From an uncultured Cryomorphaceae bacterium (GTDB lineage: Bacteria > Bacteroidota > Bacteroidia > Flavobacteriales > Schleiferiaceae), in the NCBI GenBank assembly GCA_937900215.1, contig CALCFH010000380.1:1-30753 (forward strand): a DNA stretch of 30,753 nt, read 5' to 3'. Position numbers and translations under genes: made by a program. Of this stretch, positions 1 through 8,538 are shown one piece after another; positions within the stretch are counted from its first letter, which is position 1, and every line of letters starts with the position of its first letter. The notes beneath the pieces were generated by a model. It made no database searches. It saw only the letters and a list, made by a program, of their open reading frames with translations, and had not been told where the DNA came from.

Positions 1-322
1 AAGCCACCACAACAGGACCGCTTAGACTTTCAGCCGCACAAAGAATGGCATGTGCGGTTCCCAAAGGTTGGGTTTGATGATAAATGCTTCCCTTGGCGCC
101 CTCTTTTTCTGCAACGGCAATAAGATCTTTTTCAACTGCATCGCCAAAATCGCCAATAACAAAGGCCACCTCATCTACAGATTGACCACAAACGCCCACA
201 ATATCTTCCACCAGTCTTTGAACAATGGGTTTACCAGCAATGGGAAGTAGCGGTTTTGGAACCGTTAAAGTGTGCGGTCTCATTCTTGATCCGCGGCCAG
301 CCATAGGTACAATAATCTTCAT
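1..322 (-). CDS. Sugar-phosphate nucleotidyltransferase (glucose-1-phosphate thymidylyl/uridylyltransferase-like), N-terminal 107 codons; runs off the window start
   Basis: Not in the ORF track. Manual translation from the ATG at 322 gives MKIIVPMAGRGSRMRPHTLTVPKPLLPIAGKPIVQRLVED...QTQPLGTAHAILCA, which carries the GxGxRxxPxT..PKPL NTP_transferase signature and the 'PLGTAHA' motif. Confidence 0.9.
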   Translation of the reverse strand, partial: MKIIVPMAGRGSRMRPHTLTVPKPLLPIAGKPIVQRLVEDIVGVCGQSVDEVAFVIGDFGDAVEKDLIAVAEKEGAKGSIYHQTQPLGTAHAILCAAESLSGPVVVA

Positions 323-339
323 TCAATCAGAGTTTTATG

Positions 340-789
340 TTATTTATTTGTACTACCAAATCCACCAGAGCCTCTTTCGGTAGATGATAATTCTAAAGTT
401 TCGGTCCAATTTACGATTTCATGTCTTGCGAGCACAAGTTGGGCAATGCGTTCTCCTGGCTGAAGCGTATAGGCCTCAGAAGAAAGATTGATAAGAATTA
501 CTCCAATCTCACCTCTATAGTCGGCATCAATGGTTCCAGGACTATTGAGCACGCTAATTCCAAACTTCAATGCCAATCCGCTTCTGCTGCGCACCTGCGC
601 TTCTATTCCAGCCGCTAATTCAATATGTAATCCAGTTGGAATTAGCCTTCTCTCCAAGGGCTTCAGCTCCATGGCTTCGGTTATGTCTGCATGCAAATCC
701 ATTCCAGCCGACTGTTCCGTTTTATATTCAGGCAAAGCTTGACGGCCCTTATTGACAATCTTAACCTCTATGCGTTTATTTTTTTCCAT
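340..789 (-). CDS. dut: dUTP diphosphatase (trimeric dUTPase)
   Basis: All dUTPase motifs are present: [30 protein letters not shown] and [10 protein letters not shown]. Confidence 0.97.
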   Translation of the reverse strand: MEKNKRIEVKIVNKGRQALPEYKTEQSAGMDLHADITEAMELKPLERRLIPTGLHIELAAGIEAQVRSRSGLALKFGISVLNSPGTIDADYRGEIGVILINLSSEAYTLQPGERIAQLVLARHEIVNWTETLELSSTERGSGGFGSTNK

Positions 790-2228
790 ATTAATTGAAT
801 GGATTTTTGCTCAAAAAAGTACAACAAGATTAAATAGGGAGCCAAAGTTATCAAAGCCCATAAGCCCATTGTTTCTTGCATTTTCCATGCAAAGAAACCC
901 AAAAGCAAGGAACCAAAGAAATAGATAGAAAGATGTTTCCACTGGTAAGGCAAAGGAGCGTATTTATTCCCCAAATAGAGATTTAGGCTCATGCTACAAG
1001 CATAAGAGAATAGAGTAGCAATGGCTGAAGCCATGATGCCGTATTTCGGAATCAACCAGATGTTGAGTATTACCGTCACCAACAGGCCTGCCAGTGTAAT
1101 AATAAGAGCGAAGTAGGTTCTGCCCGCGAGTTTATACCAAATAGACAAATGCGTATTGATACCAAGAATGTAATTGGCAGCAAAAAGCAAAGGAGCTATG
1201 GAGAGCCCGATCCAGAATTTTTCGTCTATGAAGCCTTTCAGAACAGGCATTGCAGCATTCAGAAATATAAGCGCAAGGCCAAGAAGGGCAGTAAAGAGTC
1301 TTAGAACCTCTGCATTGGTTTCGCCAGAGGAAGCCTCTTTCTTCATGCGAAAGAAAAAGGGCTCCATGGCGTAGCGATAGGCCTGAACGAACAGCATAAG
1401 AAAGATAGACAGCTTGTATACTGCTCCGTAGACACCCAGTTGTTCTAAGGAGGTGTCTTCGGGCAAGAGATATTTTAGAAATTGTCTGTCGGCCAATTCA
1501 TTGGCAATACCTGCTAGGCCAGCTAACATGAGAGGAAAGCCGTAGCCAATCATTTTTTTTAGGAGAGGCGAATCCCTTTTCCACCCGCCTTTTATTCTCC
1601 ATTCAGGCAGGAGCATAGCAAACATCACCAAGGAAGCCACCACATTGGAAATGAGCACAGCAGAAACCCGATCAACCTTTTGCAATGCCGGCCAAAACTC
1701 TGTCAATGCGGGTAGATTGGGAAGGGCGATAAAGAAGAAGAAATTCATTAGAATGAAAACACCAATCAGCGACATTTTTACAACTACAAAACGAATGGCT
1801 CTTTCTTCGAATCTAAGTTTGGCAAAGGGTAAGGCAGAAATCACATCCAAACAAAGAACTAAAATCATCATTCTCAAATATTCAGGATGGTTTTCATACC
1901 GAAGAACCTCAGCAATGGGCGATTGAAAAATTTCAAAGAGCAGATAAAAGCAGAGGGTTGTGAAGACCAAGGCGCGCATTCCTGCACCAAAAGCTTTTGA
2001 AGCGCTTTTACTTTCTGAGGCATAATTGAAGAAGGAAGTCTCCATGCCATAGGTCAACAGAACAATCAATACCGCAATTTGCGAATAGAGATCGGTTATA
2101 ATTCCAAACTCACCGCGAGTCATTGCAGCAGTATGCAAGGGAACCAAAAGAAAATTGAGCAATCTGCCCAAGATGCTTGGCAGCCCGTAAATGGCCGTCT
2201 GACCCGCTAATTTTTTAATGGACGACAT
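768..2228 (-). CDS. MOP-superfamily polysaccharide/lipid-linked oligosaccharide flippase (Wzx-like)
   Basis: 486 aa with about 12-14 hydrophobic segments. N-terminus '[27 protein letters not shown]' and '[10 protein letters not shown]' are typical of Polysacc_synt flippases. Overlaps the dut start by 22 nt. Confidence 0.85.
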   Translation of the reverse strand: MSSIKKLAGQTAIYGLPSILGRLLNFLLVPLHTAAMTRGEFGIITDLYSQIAVLIVLLTYGMETSFFNYASESKSASKAFGAGMRALVFTTLCFYLLFEIFQSPIAEVLRYENHPEYLRMMILVLCLDVISALPFAKLRFEERAIRFVVVKMSLIGVFILMNFFFFIALPNLPALTEFWPALQKVDRVSAVLISNVVASLVMFAMLLPEWRIKGGWKRDSPLLKKMIGYGFPLMLAGLAGIANELADRQFLKYLLPEDTSLEQLGVYGAVYKLSIFLMLFVQAYRYAMEPFFFRMKKEASSGETNAEVLRLFTALLGLALIFLNAAMPVLKGFIDEKFWIGLSIAPLLFAANYILGINTHLSIWYKLAGRTYFALIITLAGLLVTVILNIWLIPKYGIMASAIATLFSYACSMSLNLYLGNKYAPLPYQWKHLSIYFFGSLLLGFFAWKMQETMGLWALITLAPYLILLYFFEQKSIQLIWKKINA

Positions 2229-2279
2229 GAGGGCTTAAAGGTATATGCCGTAAAGCGGTTTCTAGCTGCTTTGAGCGTT

Positions 2280-2287
2280 TATCTTTG
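2280..2287 (+). promoter_or_regulatory. Candidate Bacteroidota sigma70 -7 element (TATCTTTG) for the M28 peptidase-gpsA-IYD run
   Basis: Exact TAnnTTTG match 39 nt upstream of the likely ATG at 2327; no clear -33 TTTG at canonical spacing. Confidence 0.45.
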
Positions 2288-2326
2288 AGCCTTCAATTAT
2301 TAAAATCATTGCACATGCCTACGAAT

Positions 2327-3997
2327 ATGTATAAAGCCTTGTCTTTTCTGCTTGTATTTGGATTCTATGCCGCTCTGGCTCAGACCAATTGCGGGCCTTT
2401 GGAGGGAGGAGTAGAAGACCGTTTGAGTAATTCAATAGAGTATCTCGCCAGCGACGATCTACAGGGTAGATATCCAGGAACGAAGGGCGAAGAATTGGCA
2501 GCCAATTATATTTCGGAGCGATTTCAAGAATATGGTCTGTTAGGAGGAGCAGAAGGAAATTTTTTCCAAGAATTTACCATTCCCATTAGCATTAATCCAA
2601 TGCCTAGTTGTGAACTGAAAATTAAAAAAAGAGCACTTAAGTTAAATACAGATTATTATCCAATTCAGTATTCTGCGGAAGGAAAGCTAACAGGAGAAAC
2701 GGTTTTTGTTTCCTTCGGAATTAGCGCCCCAGAGCTCAATTACAACGATTTAAGCGAAATTAATGTAAAAGGAAAAATTGCCGTTATGGATATTGGTTCT
2801 CCAGATGGCATCCACCCTCATTCTAAATATCTGGCCTATCACGATTTAAAAACACGCATACAAGGTCTCGTAAAAAAGGGAGCAGTTGGCGTTGTTTTAG
2901 TAAATCAGAATAATTCTGAAGCGCCTTCTAAATCGTTCTCAAGATGGTTGCCTACCAAGGTGCCGGTTTTATTTGTTAGCAATGCCAAGTACGCGAAAAA
3001 ACTTTCTAAAAAGAAAAGGCAACTGAGCATGAATGTGGTGCTTGAAAAGGAAGAATTGGAGGCTAAAAATGTACTCGGATTTATAGATAACAATGCAGAA
3101 TACACCGTGGTAATTGGAGCGCACTATGACCATCTAGGGATGGGAGGCGATGGTTCTTTGTATCGAGGAGAACCTGCCATTCACAATGGAGCAGACGACA
3201 ATGCAAGCGGCGTTGCGGCGCTGTTGGAATTGGCTTATATTCTATCAAAGAGGTCTTCGGAATACACTACAAACTTTTTATTCATTGCCTTTTCGGGTGA
3301 GGAAAAGGGGCTACTTGGCTCTAATTTCTTCGCTAAAAGCATGCTATTCAGGCCGGAATCTATGAAGTATATGATTAACATGGATATGATAGGCCGCTTG
3401 AATGATGAAAATGTATTGATGATCAATGGAGTGGGAACCTCTAGGGAGTTCTCAAGAATTATCAGAACTGTGCCTTGTGCGGAGCTGAATGTGCGCACAT
3501 CGGAGGGTGGAACGGGTCCTTCTGACCACACTTCTTTTTACAACATTAACGTCCCCGCCATTCATTTCTTCACGGGTGCTCACGAAGACTATCACAAACC
3601 TTCTGACGATTTTGAAAAAATTAATTTCAGGGGATTGGTTGAGATCATGAAGTACCTGATGTACACCATTAATTCGTTGGAAGAGGTAAAGGGATTGGAG
3701 TTTTCTCAAACGGCAAGTGAGGAAAGCATGAAAGCGCCAGCTTTTACAGTTACATTAGGCGTTGTGCCCGATTATCTTTTCGATAAGGAAGGAATGCGAA
3801 TTGACGGAATTACCGACGGAAAACCCGCCTCAAAAGCAGGCCTTATGAAGGGCGATATTGTGGTTCGTTTGGGCTCCATTCCGGTGAGAGATATGATGAG
3901 TTATATGAAGGCATTGGGGTCATTTAAGAAAGGCGACAAAACGCAAGTAGAATACATACGCAATGGCAGTAAGGCTACTGCTGAAATAGAATTCTAA
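2327..3997 (+). CDS. M28 family Zn aminopeptidase with PA domain and C-terminal PDZ domain, secreted
   Basis: Signal peptide MYKALSFLLVFGFYAALA, so ATG 2327 is preferred over TTG 2285. Metal-ligand motifs GAHYDHLG, GADDNASG, GEEKGLLGS, NMDMIG, SDH and DYHKPSD. PA insert around 'VFVSFGISAPELNYNDL'. PDZ region 'TLGVVPDY..GMRIDGITDGKPASKAGLMKGDIVVRLG'. Confidence 0.92.
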   Translation: MYKALSFLLVFGFYAALAQTNCGPLEGGVEDRLSNSIEYLASDDLQGRYPGTKGEELAANYISERFQEYGLLGGAEGNFFQEFTIPISINPMPSCELKIKKRALKLNTDYYPIQYSAEGKLTGETVFVSFGISAPELNYNDLSEINVKGKIAVMDIGSPDGIHPHSKYLAYHDLKTRIQGLVKKGAVGVVLVNQNNSEAPSKSFSRWLPTKVPVLFVSNAKYAKKLSKKKRQLSMNVVLEKEELEAKNVLGFIDNNAEYTVVIGAHYDHLGMGGDGSLYRGEPAIHNGADDNASGVAALLELAYILSKRSSEYTTNFLFIAFSGEEKGLLGSNFFAKSMLFRPESMKYMINMDMIGRLNDENVLMINGVGTSREFSRIIRTVPCAELNVRTSEGGTGPSDHTSFYNINVPAIHFFTGAHEDYHKPSDDFEKINFRGLVEIMKYLMYTINSLEEVKGLEFSQTASEESMKAPAFTVTLGVVPDYLFDKEGMRIDGITDGKPASKAGLMKGDIVVRLGSIPVRDMMSYMKALGSFKKGDKTQVEYIRNGSKATAEIEF

Positions 3998-4992
3998 TGA
4001 TAGATTTACCTAAGGTTGCGGTTATTGGAGGAGGAAGTTGGGCTACCGCTATTGTAAAAATTCTTACCGAAAACCTCGATTATGTTGGATGGTGGATGCG
4101 CTCTGAAGAGCATGTGCAGCACGTAAAACGCTTTTTTCACAATCCCAAATATTTAACTGGGGTAGAGTTGGCAACCGAATGCATTGATGTGAGCTCAGAT
4201 CTCAATCACATTGTGCAGGAAGCAGACGTATTGATTTTTGCTACACCTTCTGCTTTTTTAAAAGAGGCACTAAAGTCATTGACTCTGCCTTTGCACGACA
4301 AAATGATTATGAGTGCCATAAAAGGCATTGTGCCAGATGAACGATTAATAGTAGGTGAGTTTTTTAATCAATTCTATGGCATTCCGATTGAAAATATTGG
4401 CGTTATTACCGGGCCATGCCATGCGGAAGAAGTGGCCTTAGAGCGATTATCGTATCTAACTATTGCTTCTCAAAACCTAGACTTTGCTCAGAAAATGGCA
4501 AAGATTATGGAGTGCAAATACATTCGCACCGAGGTGAGTGATGATATTTACGGTACAGAGTATTCAGCAGTGCTAAAAAACATCTACGCAATTGCCGCAG
4601 GTATCTGCCACGGACTGGGTTATGGAGATAATTTTCAGGCTGTTTTAGTGAGTAATGCCATCCGCGAAATGAAGCGTTTCATTAAAAATGTGCATCCTAT
4701 TAAGCGCGACATTAATAATTCGGCCTATCTGGGAGATTTACTGGTTACGGCCTATTCACAATTTAGTAGAAACCGCTTGTTTGGAACTATGATTGGCAAG
4801 GGCTATACCATACGTTCTGCTCAATTAGAGATGAATATGGTGGCAGAAGGATACTATGCAAGTCGCTTAATTCATAGCATTCAAGAGGAGTATAAAATCA
4901 ATATGCCGGTAGCATCGGCTGTGTACAAGATCTTGTTTGAAGATAAAAATCCAACTAAAACCATGCTGAAATTGGCAAAGAGCATTCAATAA
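3997..4992 (+). CDS. gpsA: NAD(P)H-dependent glycerol-3-phosphate dehydrogenase
   Basis: Rossmann motif VIGGGSWATA, plus 'SAIKG', 'GPCHAEEV', 'LKNIYAIAAG', 'LGDLLVT..S.FSRN' and 'VAEGY'. Confidence 0.95.
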   Translation: MIDLPKVAVIGGGSWATAIVKILTENLDYVGWWMRSEEHVQHVKRFFHNPKYLTGVELATECIDVSSDLNHIVQEADVLIFATPSAFLKEALKSLTLPLHDKMIMSAIKGIVPDERLIVGEFFNQFYGIPIENIGVITGPCHAEEVALERLSYLTIASQNLDFAQKMAKIMECKYIRTEVSDDIYGTEYSAVLKNIYAIAAGICHGLGYGDNFQAVLVSNAIREMKRFIKNVHPIKRDINNSAYLGDLLVTAYSQFSRNRLFGTMIGKGYTIRSAQLEMNMVAEGYYASRLIHSIQEEYKINMPVASAVYKILFEDKNPTKTMLKLAKSIQ

Positions 4993-5646
4993 ATGAAGGA
5001 AGAACACATTCCATATGGTTTTGAAAAATGCAGTAGCGCTGAGGTAGAAGCCAAGGCGGGTGCCTTATTAAACAGCATGCAAAAGAGAAGGAGTTTGCGC
5101 TTTTTCTCTGAGGAGGATGTGAGCAAGCAAACCATAGCCGATCTCTTAAATGTAGCCAGTTCTGCGCCTTCAGGTGCCAATAAACAGCCGTGGACTTTTG
5201 TTGCCATTTCAAATGTTGAACTAAAAAAGAGAATTCGAGAGGCTGCCGAAAAGGAAGAACAACAATTTTATGGGGGAAGGGCGTCGGATACTTGGCTGGC
5301 AGACCTCGCTCCCTTGGGAACAGATTGGCAGAAACCATTTATAGAAACAGCGCCGTGGATTGTGGTTGTCTTTAGAAAGACGCTAGATGATGATGGAAGT
5401 AAAAATTACTACGTTCAAGAATCTGTGGGGATAGCCTGTGGGTTTTTAATATCGGCCATACATCAAGCTGGGCTGGTAACGCTTACGCATACTCCCAGTC
5501 CTATGAATTTTCTTTCTGAAATTCTAAAAAGACCAGCGAATGAGAAACCCTATTTACTGCTCCCTATTGGCTTTCCAGCAGCCGATGCCACAGTTCCAAA
5601 CATTAAAAAGAAAGATTCCTCAGAAGTGATTTTCTATTTCGAATAG
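4993..5646 (+). CDS. Nitroreductase-fold flavoprotein, iodotyrosine deiodinase (IYD/halotyrosine dehalogenase)-like
   Basis: FMN motifs KRRSLRFFS and APSGANKQPW. Lid residues E89, Y93 and K114 have the 4/21-residue spacing of mammalian IYD E157/Y161/K182. 'THTPSP' carries the IYD-type Thr. Confidence 0.85.
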   Translation: MKEEHIPYGFEKCSSAEVEAKAGALLNSMQKRRSLRFFSEEDVSKQTIADLLNVASSAPSGANKQPWTFVAISNVELKKRIREAAEKEEQQFYGGRASDTWLADLAPLGTDWQKPFIETAPWIVVVFRKTLDDDGSKNYYVQESVGIACGFLISAIHQAGLVTLTHTPSPMNFLSEILKRPANEKPYLLLPIGFPAADATVPNIKKKDSSEVIFYFE

Positions 5647-6326
5647 TGTAACTCTTTGGGCTTGAGAATTTGAAAGTTCTTCCTATCAAATTGCACTATA
5701 CCGCATTCGCGCCATTCGTTTAGTAAAGTAGTTACAGTTTGTCTACTCGTTCCAATAAGGCTTGCCACGTCTTTGTGCGTAAGCGGATTTTGAAATGACT
5801 GTCCCCTAGCATCGGTTTGCAGCGCATCTTTTTCTAAGTCTAGAATAAACTCCGCCAAGCGCTGCTTTACATCCTTAAAAACAAGGGATTCAACTCTTCG
5901 TTGCAATTTTTTAATGCGGAGTCCAATGAGCTTATGGATTTTAAAAGCGAACTCTTTATTGTCCTTCATCAAGTCGTTAATCTCTTCCACCTTCACCGGA
6001 CAAATCATAGTGTCTTCTTCCATGGCCTCGGCGACTTCATCTCTTTGAGATTCTCCTAAAATGGCTAATTCGCCAAATACCTCCCCTCTTCCAAGAATAT
6101 GTCGAATGACTTCTTGTCCGCCTTCTGTATAATTTACCAATCGAACCTTTCCATTGGCAATGAGATACAATGTATTCGCTTGATCTTCATTAAAATAAAT
6201 AGTTTCACCCTTTTTGTACGATCTAAAATGATTCTCTTTTGCAAATCCGCCCACTTTGTGTGGGCACATTACTTCAAAAAGGTTTACATCGTGTAAAACC
6301 CAAAAACTTTCTGTGCGCTCATCCAT
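5634..6326 (-). CDS. Crp/Fnr family transcriptional regulator
   Basis: cNMP-binding barrel 'YKKGETIY...LYLIANGKVRL...GEVFGELAIL' and C-terminal HTH 'LTHKDVASLIGTSRQTVTTLLNEW'. Confidence 0.93.
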   Translation of the reverse strand: MDERTESFWVLHDVNLFEVMCPHKVGGFAKENHFRSYKKGETIYFNEDQANTLYLIANGKVRLVNYTEGGQEVIRHILGRGEVFGELAILGESQRDEVAEAMEEDTMICPVKVEEINDLMKDNKEFAFKIHKLIGLRIKKLQRRVESLVFKDVKQRLAEFILDLEKDALQTDARGQSFQNPLTHKDVASLIGTSRQTVTTLLNEWRECGIVQFDRKNFQILKPKELHYSK

Positions 6327-6327
6327 A

Positions 6328-8538
6328 TTAAAACCAAAAGCCTAAGTTAACGTAAGTATAGATCTTAGCGTGATTTGTTGATCCCATAAAGGTTAATTGT
6401 AAGGGTCCTAACGGACTCAAATAAGCATAAGATACACCATATCCATCTAATAAAACATCTGAATTAAAGAGCTTGTCGAAGGTGCTCTCTAAGGTTGCAA
6501 AATTGGCCTTTCCAATAAGAAAATGATTGTTTAAAAACTGCCAATTGTAATCTAGTCCAGCCATTACGGTATTCCTTCCAACCAACTCTTGGAATCGATA
6601 GCCCACAAAAGGAATCATATAATTGATATAGTTCTCGCCCAATCCGCCTAAAAACTGATTGTAGGGGTAGTCTAAATCTGGACCTAAAGTGTTCATTAAC
6701 ACCGTCTTAATTTCTAAGGTATGATTCTTTTTTAAGAGAATAGCCTGTCTGTATCGCAAGTCTAAAACAGAGCTGAGTTCTATATCTAGGTCGTAGGTTT
6801 CAGGCTTCGTGAGAACACGATACGAAGCATTGAATAAAACGCCATGAGACGGAAAAACGGTTCTGTCGAGCAAGTCGAGTTTTAAGGATGCAAAATAATT
6901 GAGGTAATTTTCGTTCGACTCCTCCGACAGACTGGTTGAGCGCGTATTGTTGAGGTCTATGTTCTCAAATTGCACTCCAGCACTCAGGAGAAAGCGATTG
7001 TAAACAGCCGATTCGAGTGCAATTTCACCTGAAAAATCCATGTAGACCTTTTCATCTGCCAATTCTTGATTTACATAGATTTTGGATTTAAACCGATGGG
7101 AACGGAATGAAATTCGGACGGTAGGGATAAATTCTCTATCGAAAGTATACGAAGCCCAAAAACGCGGATTTACGCCCACCGCTGCGTCTAGAGAAAGTTT
7201 AGAGTTTTTGAGGAGTAAATTTCTATGGGTATAGTTTAAAAGAATGGCAGTCTGAAAATCATCGTCGTAGTGAATCCCCAATCGTATGTGAGTGAGGTAG
7301 TTGAGTTCATCTAGCCGAATAAAAAGAGTATAGGAAATTGAATCAATGGGAATGAGGGAGAAATCAACAGTGCGAAACAATTGGCTTCCCCAAATACGGT
7401 CTACTCCTCTTTTGATTTCATCCAAGCTCACCTTGCTTCCTTCGGCCAATCCCAGCTTACCTCTAAGGTAGGTTTCGGTTGATAGGTCGGATTTTGGAAA
7501 GACAATGTTTCCGATTAAAATAGTGTCGTTTCTCGTTTGAACAGGCTCAAGTTTGGCGGCGCTGGATTGATTTCTTAAACGAGCCAGCTCTCTTATTCTA
7601 GGCCTGTATTCTTCTGCTGCCCGATAACCTGTTCGCACAATAGAATCCATCAATTCAAAGGAGCTTATCCCAGCACCCGGTACTTCAGTTCGTACCAGAA
7701 AATCGGTTTTTGCCGTATCGCTTAAGTAGTTCTCCGCATTCACGAAACTGCTGAGTTGCTCCATTACTCTCAGAACCGAATTCAAGTCTTTGCGCTTATA
7801 TAGAATGGTTTGAACATCACTTCCAATGAGCACATCCATACCCTTGTCTTCCAAAAGGAAGATGGGTAGATTGGAGACCAATCCACCGTCTACTAAGAGC
7901 CTTTCACTGAGTTCGTACGGACTAAAAAGCGTTGGAAAAGAGCTGCTAGCGCGTAGAATGTCGGGTAGATATCCTTTGTCTAGAACTATTCCCTCCCCCG
8001 TTTCTAAGTCTGTAGCAACACAGATAAAAGGAATTTGTAATTGAGAAAGATCGTCAATATGATGAAATCCCACAGAAAGGCGATCGAGTTCATTCAATAT
8101 ATGATGGCCATAATTGATGCCATCGGGTAAAAGTATTTTTCCATCCGAAACGGGAAAGCTCAAGGCATATCGATCTTCGGTTTGCTTGTCTAGAAAGGAA
8201 AGGCTTGTACGAGGTCGTTCATTGTTCATTACATCGGCCCACGGAATGGCATACATTCTGGCTTGTATTTCAGTGGCAGAATAACCCATTGCGTATAGGG
8301 CTCCAATTACGGCTCCCATGCTAGTGCCGGCAATATAATCGGGTTTTAAACCCTCCTCATCCATTATTTTTAAAAGGCCCAAGTGCGCCATCGCCTTAGC
8401 CCCGCCTCCGCTGAGTACGAGCCCCACTTTTGTATCCGATGATTTTTGGGTAGAATCAAGCTGAGCAAAAGTGTTAAAGCCAAAAAGAAACAGGGCAGCG
8501 ATGCCAAAAATGTACTTACTTCTTTTCCGCTTTAGCAT
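6328..8538 (-). CDS. Patatin-like phospholipase fused to POTRA and an Omp85-type beta-barrel (PlpD / type Vd architecture)
   Basis: Signal peptide from ATG 8538 (MLKRKRSKYIFGIAALFLFGFNTFA). Patatin motifs LSGGGAKA, GTSMG and DGG. POTRA-like 'YLRGKLGL...EIKRGVDRIWGSQLFRTV'. Amphipathic beta-strands ending '..YVNLGFWF'. Confidence 0.88.
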   Translation of the reverse strand: MLKRKRSKYIFGIAALFLFGFNTFAQLDSTQKSSDTKVGLVLSGGGAKAMAHLGLLKIMDEEGLKPDYIAGTSMGAVIGALYAMGYSATEIQARMYAIPWADVMNNERPRTSLSFLDKQTEDRYALSFPVSDGKILLPDGINYGHHILNELDRLSVGFHHIDDLSQLQIPFICVATDLETGEGIVLDKGYLPDILRASSSFPTLFSPYELSERLLVDGGLVSNLPIFLLEDKGMDVLIGSDVQTILYKRKDLNSVLRVMEQLSSFVNAENYLSDTAKTDFLVRTEVPGAGISSFELMDSIVRTGYRAAEEYRPRIRELARLRNQSSAAKLEPVQTRNDTILIGNIVFPKSDLSTETYLRGKLGLAEGSKVSLDEIKRGVDRIWGSQLFRTVDFSLIPIDSISYTLFIRLDELNYLTHIRLGIHYDDDFQTAILLNYTHRNLLLKNSKLSLDAAVGVNPRFWASYTFDREFIPTVRISFRSHRFKSKIYVNQELADEKVYMDFSGEIALESAVYNRFLLSAGVQFENIDLNNTRSTSLSEESNENYLNYFASLKLDLLDRTVFPSHGVLFNASYRVLTKPETYDLDIELSSVLDLRYRQAILLKKNHTLEIKTVLMNTLGPDLDYPYNQFLGGLGENYINYMIPFVGYRFQELVGRNTVMAGLDYNWQFLNNHFLIGKANFATLESTFDKLFNSDVLLDGYGVSYAYLSPLGPLQLTFMGSTNHAKIYTYVNLGFWF

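Noticed and set aside
50-755. Short plus-strand ORFs 50-250, 421-618, 530-742 and 570-755
   Set aside because: They lie antisense to the nucleotidyltransferase and dut and have no recognisable motifs; shadow ORFs.
2269-2290. Direct repeat CTTTGAGC x2 (14-nt period) over the peptidase -7 element
   Set aside because: Only 8 bp and two copies, and one copy includes the promoter TTTG core; too weak to call an operator.
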